Origin: a virus
Lineage: Duplodnaviria; Caudoviricetes
Reading direction: 5' to 3' (one strand)
Virus record (IMG/VR): IMGVR_UViG_3300042446_001034
Span: 1 to 56,802 of that record
Length of the DNA stretch: 56,802 bases
Part shown: positions 20,115 to 28,394 of the stretch, one piece after another
Numbering within the stretch: the first letter of the stretch is position 1
Layout: every line of letters starts with the position of its first letter
Program-made: the position numbers and the translations under genes
The notes under the pieces: model-generated
Told to the model about the DNA's origin: nothing
The model's database searches: none
Seen by the model: only the letters and a program-made list of their open reading frames with translations

Positions 20115-20457
20115 AAAATTTTATCTCTTTACAGTATTCTGCACCTATTATAGGTCTGTCCCGATAGTCACTGCCTTTGACCATTACATCAGGTTTAAAA
20201 CCTTTGATCAGGTCTATGAGTTCTTGATCCGTGTCAAATGTTTCCACTCGATCAACATACTTTAGAGCAAACAACATACTGCATCGTTCGTATTCGGTAT
20301 TAACAGGACGAGCTGGACCCTTTAACTCACGTATTCTGCGATCACTGTCAGTTAACACCAATACATAACTGTCGGGGAAACTTCTTGCATACTGCAATAA
20401 TTTTAAATGCCCTAGATGTATAATGTCAAACGTTCCATTGATCACCACTCGTGTCAT
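20053..20457 (-). CDS. rfaE2: Heptose-1-phosphate nucleotidyltransferase (HldC / RfaE domain II)
   Basis: NGTFDIIHLGH, SDRRIRELKGPARPVN, KPDVMVKGSDY and YSTT motifs. Confidence 0.88.
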   Translation of the reverse strand: MTRVVINGTFDIIHLGHLKLLQYARSFPDSYVLVLTDSDRRIRELKGPARPVNTEYERCSMLFALKYVDRVETFDTDQELIDLIKGFKPDVMVKGSDYRDRPIIGAEYCKEIKFYDRVEPYSTTKAIQDITHRG

Positions 20458-20816
20458 GCTTGACTATTTCCTGGGAAGATTCTAAAATTATCTTCTACCG
20501 AATCAGCTGTGCTTACTTCTACAATGATAGAATTATCCTCTAAGGCTTCAAGCTGATGCGGTAACCCGGGAGGATTGTGCCAGTTATCACCTACATTTAA
20601 TATTTTTTCTTGAAGTTTAGCAGTTGCAGTATCTATATACCTCAAAATAAAACTTCCTTGATTAACGTTCCAACTTTCATCCTTGACTAGATGATAATGC
20701 ATGGAGCATTTTGCTTTGGCTTTTTCAAATACCAAGTATTTTCCGCAGTATTTTTCTGTTGTTGAAAAGATAATTTCATATCCCCACCCCTTTTGTACTC
20801 TTCCATCTAGTCTCAT
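20454..20816 (-). CDS. Cupin protein, mannose-6-phosphate isomerase (type II)-like
   Basis: KGWGYE, YCGK, SMHYH..KDESW, PP..PHQL and EVST.....D.FR motifs. Confidence 0.75.
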   Translation of the reverse strand: MRLDGRVQKGWGYEIIFSTTEKYCGKYLVFEKAKAKCSMHYHLVKDESWNVNQGSFILRYIDTATAKLQEKILNVGDNWHNPPGLPHQLEALEDNSIIVEVSTADSVEDNFRIFPGNSQA

Positions 20817-20902
20817 TTTATTTTATCCCAACATATTTGCATCGTGATTACCAACTCTTAAATAAATGTACACTGTTTTTTACCGGTTATCAATAGAATT
20901 TT

Positions 20903-21529
20903 TTACGCTAATGTGCTGGCAAATTCTGCCAAATTATTGTATATCAGTGTTTTTCTTTTGATCTCTCTATAGGTATACTTTTTTAATTCTTTTTCAGTTT
21001 CTGCACCATAGCCTGTTCTTACTAAAATTGGCCTAGCTCCGATTTTAATTGCTGCTTTGAGATCTTTGATTTTATCACCAACATAATATCCACCTTTGAA
21101 TTTTATAGTCGGATGTTCAGTTTCGCATCTTGTAAACATCCCTGTATTGGGTTTGGCATAGTAGTCTTCTTTGCGACTAGAAGTAGAATAATATATTGCA
21201 TCAATGCTAGGACAGCCTGCTTTGCCCAACAGTTGCAACATATGTTTGTGTGTGGTGTCTACATCATCACTGGTGTATATGCCTTTTTCTATACCACCTT
21301 GATCTGTAATGATCACAATCTTGTATCCTTTGTTTCTCAAAAAAGCCACAGCTTCTAGACTTCCTCCAATTGGATCAAAATCTTCTGGGCGAAAACAATA
21401 TGTTCCAAGGTCTTGATTTATTACACCGTCTCGATCTAATCCAATCACACAACGGTTGGATTCTAACGAAGAGTTAAATGTATTTGCACCAGGATTGATT
21501 GATGCATAATCGATTAAGGATTTACTCAT
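20903..21529 (-). CDS. gmhB: D,D-heptose-1,7-bisphosphate phosphatase (HAD IIIA)
   Basis: LDRDGVIN, ITDQGGI, KPNTGMF, VGDKIKDL and LVRTGYG motifs; ATG at 21529 preferred over the 21571 track start. Confidence 0.82.
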   Translation of the reverse strand: MSKSLIDYASINPGANTFNSSLESNRCVIGLDRDGVINQDLGTYCFRPEDFDPIGGSLEAVAFLRNKGYKIVIITDQGGIEKGIYTSDDVDTTHKHMLQLLGKAGCPSIDAIYYSTSSRKEDYYAKPNTGMFTRCETEHPTIKFKGGYYVGDKIKDLKAAIKIGARPILVRTGYGAETEKELKKYTYREIKRKTLIYNNLAEFASTLA

Positions 21530-21620
21530 TTTTTGTGATCTATAAAAATTTATTACGAAATTTAAACACAATAAATAGTGTCATATTACTTATATCTAGA
21601 ACAACATTTAAAAAAAACTT

Positions 21621-22322
21621 ATGAAAAATTTATGGGTATTTGGAGACAGTTATGCTATTCCTTATCAAAATGATTTAGAATCTCGTGTACATTGGCAATT
21701 TTCATTAATGAAAAATCTAAATTGTGATGGTGTAAAAACTTTTGCGCAGTTTGGGGCACCCAACGAATGGATCTATAATCAATTTACAGAACAATTGCAT
21801 GAAATCACACCAAATGATTTTGTGATTTTTGTTTCCACACAGATAAACAGGAGATGGTTTTTTCCAGATAACGTTGGCTCCTCTAACTTTGCCGTCAGTC
21901 ACAGTGATCTGGCTGATTTATCTAGTGAGCAAAAAACTGCACTGAAATACTACATGACCTATCTTGATAATCCTATCATGTCATTTATAAATTTTGAATG
22001 TCTTTGTAATTCTATACACCGTGTTTCAGAAAAAAATAAAATAAATTTATTAATTCTACCAGGATTTGAACAAAAAGGCTATCCAATCAGCGGGAGATAT
22101 CAAGTCAGCGGATCATTGTTTGACATCTGTGTTAATGAAGTCAAAGGAAAAGATCTAGATTCGTGGTCAAATTTTATTTCTAACATCCACAAGGGGCGTG
22201 ATCCTAGAGTAGGACATCTAAGTCAGGATAACCACGAAATACTAGCAGACAAGTTATCTGCTACTTTTTTAAAAAACAAAATTTTAAATTTAGAGCAAGG
22301 GTTTCGAGAAGAATTTCTCTAG
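21621..22322 (+). CDS. SGNH/GDSL-like protein
   Basis: VFGDSY block I, G.PNEW and C-terminal D.RVGHLS..NH; ATAAATA at 21571-21577. Confidence 0.55.
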   Translation: MKNLWVFGDSYAIPYQNDLESRVHWQFSLMKNLNCDGVKTFAQFGAPNEWIYNQFTEQLHEITPNDFVIFVSTQINRRWFFPDNVGSSNFAVSHSDLADLSSEQKTALKYYMTYLDNPIMSFINFECLCNSIHRVSEKNKINLLILPGFEQKGYPISGRYQVSGSLFDICVNEVKGKDLDSWSNFISNIHKGRDPRVGHLSQDNHEILADKLSATFLKNKILNLEQGFREEFL

Positions 22323-22335
22323 ACCCTTGCATATA

Positions 22336-24162
22336 TTAGTTAATAATCGAAATTAACTTTTGGTATTCTGGAAGATACAAGTATTCTATCTTACTTTGTT
22401 GCAAAGTCCAGAATGCATCTTCCAAGGTTTCAACTAGTGGTTCGCCACCTAGATTAAAACTGGTATTGAAAACTATTGGAAATCCTGTTTCTTCTTTGAA
22501 CTTTTTTATAAGTCTGTAATACAATGGATTTTGTTCTTCATTGACTGTTTGAATACGGCAAGATCCATCAACATGGATAATGCTTGGAATTTTGTCAGCT
22601 ACACCAGGCTTGCAAGAAACTGCATACATCATATGTGGTGAATCATCCATGCCTCGCAGATCAAACCATTCATGTGTATCTTCTTCTAAGATCGAACCTG
22701 CAAATGGACGGAAATATTCTCTACGCTTGACACCGTTGACAAAATCTTTGCCGTCTTTAAATCTAGGATCAAATAACAAACTTCTATTGCCCAGTGCTCT
22801 CGGACCGCTTTCCGATCTACCCTGAAATATAGCAACAATATTTTTTGATGTCAACAGATCAACAATTTCTGCATCATCACATTGTTTAATTTCTGCACCA
22901 TATTTTTCAGCCAACGAACTGATTTGATCTTCAGTGTATGTGTATTTTGGACCGAGATATAGATCGCTGTTGTGTTTTTTATTAGATTCTTCTTGGGTAT
23001 GATAATGCAACAGGGCAACTCCGATAGCAGTGCCACCGTCGTTGGATATTGGTTCAACATACAGTTCAATGTCAAGCTCACGCAGAGTATTTAGGTAGTG
23101 ATAATTTGCCACACAGTTTAACCCGTATCCTCCGCTGAGCACTACATTTTTTTTACCTGTTGCTGTTGCCGCTTTAATAATTAGGTTCAACACCTGTTCT
23201 TGTGTTTCAGTCTGCACCGCATATGCGAGATCTCTGCGATTTTGAAGATAGGTTAGATCGCCATCTGCAAATTCTGAAAGTTCTGTCACAGCTACAACAT
23301 TTACAAACGCTGAGTTTGGATAAGTTGGTATTATGACGTTTCTGTCTGCTAGGTTAAATTCACTAGTATTGTTTAGATTAGTAAACAGTGGTGGAATTTT
23401 TTCATTCTTTTTACCATAGGGAAATAATCCCATGGTCTTTCCTGCTTCGATTGCAGGAAATCCACAATATTCAGTTACAGCTTCGTAGGTTTTTACAATA
23501 CCTGCCCTATCCGACAGCACTGCGGAAAATGTACCTTCTTCTTGTAGAACTTCCCCAGCCTGTTCTACCATATTTACAGGTATGCCATCACGACATCCTA
23601 GATGTTTATAAATTGTTTTAAACTTTGCAGGATATGCGCAATCTATAACCGATTCAACTTCCCACAACAATATTGGTTCACCTCTGAGATTGGCAGGAGT
23701 TGACGAGCCAGCACCATCTACAATAACTGCAACAGCTTCGTCAAATCCGCTGCGATAAAAAGCGCAGGCTGCATGAATTTTATGATGTTGGTGGCTGTAA
23801 TCTATTACCTGCGGGTGATTGTAAATATCCGCTTTTCTATCAATCAATCCAATTTTTCTAGCCAGACCCACATAAATATTATCCCCTGTAAAATCCACTT
23901 TTTGTCCGGTGTGTTCTAGACTCTGTGTATGAGAAATGACCATGTAATCTATTTTATCAGTGTATTCTTTGACTTTTATGATACCTGCATAAGGACCACC
24001 ATCGTATTTGTGCCTGCTTAATCTTTCTTCTTCTAAAGCAAACACTATTTCGCCATCTTTAAGCAAACATACGCCAGCATTATGTCCGCGACTTATGCCA
24101 AGAATATATCCAGTTTTTTCAAGTGTGTTATTTTTTTCGTTCATATTAGTTTGTTTTTTCAA
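22336..24162 (-). CDS. Carbamoyltransferase (NodU/CmcH/TobZ family)
   Basis: EEERLSRHK, HHKIHAACAF, VDGAG, GKTMGL, SGGYGLNCVAN, GPRALGNRS, KRREYFRPFA, HVDGSCRIQTV and NTSFNLGGEP motifs; start may be 24144. Confidence 0.92.
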   Translation of the reverse strand: MKKQTNMNEKNNTLEKTGYILGISRGHNAGVCLLKDGEIVFALEEERLSRHKYDGGPYAGIIKVKEYTDKIDYMVISHTQSLEHTGQKVDFTGDNIYVGLARKIGLIDRKADIYNHPQVIDYSHQHHKIHAACAFYRSGFDEAVAVIVDGAGSSTPANLRGEPILLWEVESVIDCAYPAKFKTIYKHLGCRDGIPVNMVEQAGEVLQEEGTFSAVLSDRAGIVKTYEAVTEYCGFPAIEAGKTMGLFPYGKKNEKIPPLFTNLNNTSEFNLADRNVIIPTYPNSAFVNVVAVTELSEFADGDLTYLQNRRDLAYAVQTETQEQVLNLIIKAATATGKKNVVLSGGYGLNCVANYHYLNTLRELDIELYVEPISNDGGTAIGVALLHYHTQEESNKKHNSDLYLGPKYTYTEDQISSLAEKYGAEIKQCDDAEIVDLLTSKNIVAIFQGRSESGPRALGNRSLLFDPRFKDGKDFVNGVKRREYFRPFAGSILEEDTHEWFDLRGMDDSPHMMYAVSCKPGVADKIPSIIHVDGSCRIQTVNEEQNPLYYRLIKKFKEETGFPIVFNTSFNLGGEPLVETLEDAFWTLQQSKIEYLYLPEYQKLISIIN

Positions 24163-25198
24163 AAATATTTTTTAAAGTTGCATCTAATGGTGTCTTTGGC
24201 AATTCAACTTGAGGAATTCCGCACGTTGTCTGATTTGACAACATAGGTGTACTAGCAGATTCGTTGAATTTTTTTGTCGACTTGCCTAATTTTTTTACTA
24301 TGCCGTCTACTATTTTGTCGAATTCAGAATCTTCAAGGATCATCAAATCTTCATTGTTTCGATCCACTGTGAAATCAGTGGTTATCCTTAGAGGTGAGTA
24401 GGTACGCTTGTCTTTGCCGTTGTCGATGATGGTAAAATCTTTGTTGTTAGGATAACTGATGTTTTGAGGAAAGGTAGAGCCAATGACCACTGTGGCTGGC
24501 TTTTTCAGTGCATGAGCAAAATGCTGTCCAACACTGTCGCAGCCAAGAAAATAGTCTGCTGCATTAATAACGCCCATCCATTGAAGCAGATTAAATTTTT
24601 CTGGAACTATGGCAGGCATGGGCCGCACAGACGGTATGTTAAATGTAGACATCATGACAATACCGTAGTTTTTGCTCAGTTCATCTACAAGTCTGTAGAT
24701 ATCTTTTAGTTCAAAACTTCTACCAGATTCGTCTATGATAAAATTACCTTCTTGTCTAGCACCTGATCCAAACGGTTGAAATACTATGACTTTTTCTTTC
24801 TTGAATTGTTCACGAACATTGTTGATTAAATTATAACCCAGCGCCTGATCAGCTTTGCCTATGGACAAATTGATGTTTTTGGTGTCTGGAACTTCTGATA
24901 AATCGTTTATCAGCATGTCGAATGCTTGAATTAAATTGGCTTTTTGATTGAAATAAGCGTTTAATCGATATGGTTCAGGAGTGACGATTTCTTTGTCTTT
25001 TAATTTATCTCTAAACAGATCTTTCTGCATAATGGAATATACGTTGTTTCTTAGTATATCGCTGGACAAAAACAACTCTAACCATGCTTCGGCTACTATT
25101 ACCACATCACTATCAACTGTTTTCAAATAGTGTTCGAGTGCTGGAATTGCACACAGTACACGTCCGGCTCCTCCATTTACAAAAAATGCTTTTTTCAT
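24146..25198 (-). CDS. Glycosyltransferase family 9-like (heptosyltransferase-like, GT-B fold)
   Basis: N-terminal NGGAGRVLCAIPAL; VFQPFG; FLGCDSVGQHFAHALKKPATVVIG matches the GT9 DS..xH.A.A...P motif. Confidence 0.72.
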   Translation of the reverse strand: MKKAFFVNGGAGRVLCAIPALEHYLKTVDSDVVIVAEAWLELFLSSDILRNNVYSIMQKDLFRDKLKDKEIVTPEPYRLNAYFNQKANLIQAFDMLINDLSEVPDTKNINLSIGKADQALGYNLINNVREQFKKEKVIVFQPFGSGARQEGNFIIDESGRSFELKDIYRLVDELSKNYGIVMMSTFNIPSVRPMPAIVPEKFNLLQWMGVINAADYFLGCDSVGQHFAHALKKPATVVIGSTFPQNISYPNNKDFTIIDNGKDKRTYSPLRITTDFTVDRNNEDLMILEDSEFDKIVDGIVKKLGKSTKKFNESASTPMLSNQTTCGIPQVELPKTPLDATLKNIFEKTN

Positions 25199-25298
25199 CG
25201 ATTACTCCACTGTTATTTTTTAGATACTGAAATATATCTAATATTATATATCAGAGTATCACGGAAGTGAGGGGTAATCTTGGATCGCCGGACGACTG

Positions 25299-25673
25299 TT
25301 AATTTTTAGGAAATTGATCTTTGACTGCTTTTACAGAAGCTATATAGGCATCCCCTTCTGCACCAAGAGAAATCCCTGCTGTTTTTAATGCCAATAAACT
25401 TTTAAAGATGCCGTCTAATTGTTCGTTCGGATCGGGATATACTCGTGCCCGAGTATGTGGCATCACATATTCCACTCCCATTATTGCAGCGGCGTCTGGG
25501 CTCAATCGAACAAATTCATCTAGTTCAATTTCAGTTTCTAAAAACTCCAGCCATTGTTCTTCAGTGGTAATGTATTTGGCTTTGAATTGAACGTTGGGAT
25601 ATCCATCTTCTAGCAGACACTGTCCTGGTAGTCGAGTGCTATACCAAATTTTATAAAATTCAGATTTTGTCAT
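25299..25673 (-). CDS. Tail fibre assembly chaperone-like protein
   Basis: C-terminal R...YP...EQLD...VKAVKDQFPK motif; follows the fibre genes. Confidence 0.6.
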   Translation of the reverse strand: MTKSEFYKIWYSTRLPGQCLLEDGYPNVQFKAKYITTEEQWLEFLETEIELDEFVRLSPDAAAIMGVEYVMPHTRARVYPDPNEQLDGIFKSLLALKTAGISLGAEGDAYIASVKAVKDQFPKN

Positions 25674-25684
25674 GTTTTTTCCTT

Positions 25685-26401
25685 TTATGGAGTAATCCTA
25701 CCGTGTCCTAATATCATCACACTGGTTACGCAGGCAAACGGCTGAGTGCCGCTGGGGGTAGTAAAACACACCGATTTCAAACAAGCAGGGTGACCGCCAC
25801 AGCAGCTATAGCCTTGTCCAGAATTTCTATTACCAATACAGCACCAACCGTCACCGTTATTAGACATTGTGAAACAATAATGAAAACCTCTTTGACTGCC
25901 GTTGCAGACATTGTCTGGCACCATACTCACATGAAAGTTGAAGCCTTGAATAGTGCAGGCTGTGTCACAGCCCGAACTACAGCCAAACGGCCAAGCAATT
26001 GCCCCGGCGCATTGCCAGTTTTCTGAACCGTTCATACACTTTCTGTCTCCGACCCAACCGCAGGCACAATGAGCGCAGCAGTATTGATCAAAATTATCAC
26101 TGCAGGCTCCACCGCAGGCTCCGGCAAATCCAAACGTGGCCTGAGAACAGTAATACTGCCAGTAGCTGGTATGCCCTACAATTTCATATCTGCTAAAAAC
26201 TCCTCGAGAAGAAGATGGTATCACAGCCGACCCATTCCAACATCCATTGCAATTATACAATATGGTTGGGGTGTTAGCGGCCGTAGGGCCGCTAGCACCT
26301 CCACTTGGAAATTGCACATCAAACAATTTGGTGTCAATATACTCTTTTAAAATCCGTTGATTTTCAACGATTGCATTGTAGACTAAAATATCATTACTCA
26401 T
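25685..26401 (-). CDS. Cysteine-rich protein (23 Cys in 238 aa), putative fibre-tip component
   Basis: ORF in the fibre operon; many CC pairs; N-terminus DILVYNAI shared with its neighbour. Confidence 0.7.
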   Translation of the reverse strand: MSNDILVYNAIVENQRILKEYIDTKLFDVQFPSGGASGPTAANTPTILYNCNGCWNGSAVIPSSSRGVFSRYEIVGHTSYWQYYCSQATFGFAGACGGACSDNFDQYCCAHCACGWVGDRKCMNGSENWQCAGAIAWPFGCSSGCDTACTIQGFNFHVSMVPDNVCNGSQRGFHYCFTMSNNGDGWCCIGNRNSGQGYSCCGGHPACLKSVCFTTPSGTQPFACVTSVMILGHGRITP

Positions 26402-26420
26402 ATTATTTCCCTAGAAAAAA

Positions 26421-27428
26421 TTAACACCAACTGACCTTGACCATGCCTGTGCGTCCCCAGTCGCCGTAGCCAATGTTGCCGCCCATCACGTGATTATAGT
26501 TTCCGCCTTGGCCTGGTTGACATCTGTTTCCAGTGCAGGCGCCACCAAAAGCTGCGCCGCAGCAGGTGCCCGAAGTGTATGAGACACAGCATATGGTCGA
26601 TACAGTGTTTGCACAGTTGCCTGGCAACATGGTAGGCTGTGAGCACATGCATCCGTAAAAATTGGTGTCAAACCAATCTGCAGCATACATGCTGGGGATT
26701 ATGATCGGAGTACCCCAGATTGAATTGCCGCAGCCGCCTGTAAAGTAACTGAACTGTCTTGTGATACAAGGATATGCTGAACAGCAACTGATCGAGCAGG
26801 AATTTGAGAAGCAAAAATATGTAGCAGTGCTTGTACAACAGATACAAGCACCTGCTGATTGAGAACATCTAGCCATATATCTACAACAGTTCCAGGCTGG
26901 ATCTCGCTGAGTGGCACGAATCATTTCGTGTAAATTACTGCAGCCGCCATTGGCGCAGAAGTTGCTGAGGCCAGCACCAGTGACAAAACTTTGACATCCC
27001 GAAACATCTCTATCGCAGTGGCAATACGATTGATTGGAATTAGCGGCGCCTGCACACAGCGTGTATACACAGCCTATTTTGGCACTGACAATCAATGAAG
27101 CATATGCTCCTGTGGCACCAAAAGGACTGCCGCTGCAACACATGCCTGGCGAGGTTCCTGCACCAGCACCCCACAGTTCAAATCTCACCTGACTGGCGCC
27201 AGCGGGCACAGTCCAGGCACAACAGGCTCCGTCTCTAAAATATCCACTACCTGAATCATATATGCACAAGGCGTTGGTTGTCTGTAATGATGGTATACAG
27301 CTGGGCCAGTTTGCATACTGTGTAGGGTCTGTCGAAACACTGCCTTGACTGGCAACACCGGATGCCAAGGCAGTTCTTAAATTGTAACTGCCTACTGCTA
27401 TTGCGTTGTGAACTAAAATATCTGCCAT
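26421..27428 (-). CDS. Cys/Gly-rich adhesin-like fibre-tip protein (35 Cys in 335 aa)
   Basis: WTVPAG...VRFELWGAGAG...GAYA...GMVKVSW glycine-rich-domain scaffold; N-terminus DILVHNAI. Confidence 0.72.
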   Translation of the reverse strand: MADILVHNAIAVGSYNLRTALASGVASQGSVSTDPTQYANWPSCIPSLQTTNALCIYDSGSGYFRDGACCAWTVPAGASQVRFELWGAGAGTSPGMCCSGSPFGATGAYASLIVSAKIGCVYTLCAGAANSNQSYCHCDRDVSGCQSFVTGAGLSNFCANGGCSNLHEMIRATQRDPAWNCCRYMARCSQSAGACICCTSTATYFCFSNSCSISCCSAYPCITRQFSYFTGGCGNSIWGTPIIIPSMYAADWFDTNFYGCMCSQPTMLPGNCANTVSTICCVSYTSGTCCGAAFGGACTGNRCQPGQGGNYNHVMGGNIGYGDWGRTGMVKVSWC

Positions 27429-27437
27429 TTTTTTTCC

Positions 27438-28040
27438 TTAAGTAACGGTGAATGCATTTATTGAGCCGTTGGCCAAATAAGTGATTGCAACCGAACGTGC
27501 CGCGATGCCGCTTCCAGAAGTAGTGGCTGTGAATCCAGTGAGTTTCTGTTCGCCTCCAACTGATGTATATGTAATACTACTGTAGGTTGTGTTTCCTTCT
27601 GTGAATGCTGTGATAGTTTGGCCGGTTTGTGTAACACTGGTAGGCGCAACTAAATCAATTACACCACCTGAAACTAACAATGCCCCTGGTACAACAAGAT
27701 TGCCCACGATGGTTCCGTTGTTTACCCAAGCCAATGTGCCCGAGCTGTTGGTTGAAAGCACTTGGCCGGTGGTGCCATCTGCAGCAGGCAATGTCCAAGT
27801 TACATTTGATGAAACTGTGGCCGGCGCTTGGAATGCCACCCAATTAGAGGAGTCTGCATCTGCCCATCTTAGATCTCCTTGAGCCTGTATCTGCGCATCA
27901 CCGGCAATTAAAAATCTACCAGTTCCACTAGGATCTATGGTAATATCTAGATTGTCTGCAGCAGTTATTGTGGTGTTATCAAAGTTAACTCCACCAACTC
28001 CTGAACCACCTGCAACCCCTGCTGTTTGTCTTCTACCCAT
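27438..28040 (-). CDS. Tail fibre protein
   Basis: LRWADADSSNWVAFQAPATVSSNVTWTLPAADGTTGQVLSTNSSGTLAW, a common T4-like fibre motif. Confidence 0.75.
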   Translation of the reverse strand: MGRRQTAGVAGGSGVGGVNFDNTTITAADNLDITIDPSGTGRFLIAGDAQIQAQGDLRWADADSSNWVAFQAPATVSSNVTWTLPAADGTTGQVLSTNSSGTLAWVNNGTIVGNLVVPGALLVSGGVIDLVAPTSVTQTGQTITAFTEGNTTYSSITYTSVGGEQKLTGFTATTSGSGIAARSVAITYLANGSINAFTVT

Positions 28041-28053
28041 GATGTTCTCCTAG

Positions 28054-28374
28054 TTACGCTGTTGCGGTTTCGATGCCATAGACCACAACATTTACACCAA
28101 CAGCACTGGAACGCACTACTAGTAATTTTCCTGCGTCCATGACAATTCCTGTACGTTCTAGCACACCTTTAGCAGATAGACTCACGTCATACTCCAGCCA
28201 TTCTGCGTCAGTGGGGGTTGCAGAACTTGCTAATGCTATTCGTATCGTGGCAGCTGTAGCACCACGATTTACCACGTTGACAGTTGCCACTGTGAATGTT
28301 GTAGCAGGCACAGTATACACTGTTGCCAGTGTTGCTGCTGATAGATCTGCTGTTCCTAATCTTCCTGTTGCCAT
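28054..28374 (-). CDS. Small beta-rich virion/fibre adaptor protein
   Basis: VYTVPA..VNVVNR..LERTGIV; TAAATA and GGAG upstream. Confidence 0.65.
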   Translation of the reverse strand: MATGRLGTADLSAATLATVYTVPATTFTVATVNVVNRGATAATIRIALASSATPTDAEWLEYDVSLSAKGVLERTGIVMDAGKLLVVRSSAVGVNVVVYGIETATA

Positions 28375-28394
28375 AATTTATTTCTCCGTTATAT

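Noticed and set aside
21540-21584. 14-codon minus-strand ORF (MTLFIVFKFRNKFL) upstream of gmhB
   Set aside because: Too short, in very AT-rich DNA, with no independent support
18493-25198. Host LPS operon or chimeric assembly
   Set aside because: Tightly embedded between phage fibre genes with short gaps or overlaps and phage-type promoters; no other cellular genes present
25223-25260. Imperfect AT-rich inverted repeat upstream of the GT9 gene (gatactga...tcagagtatc)
   Set aside because: Weak, AT-rich and single-copy; could be chance
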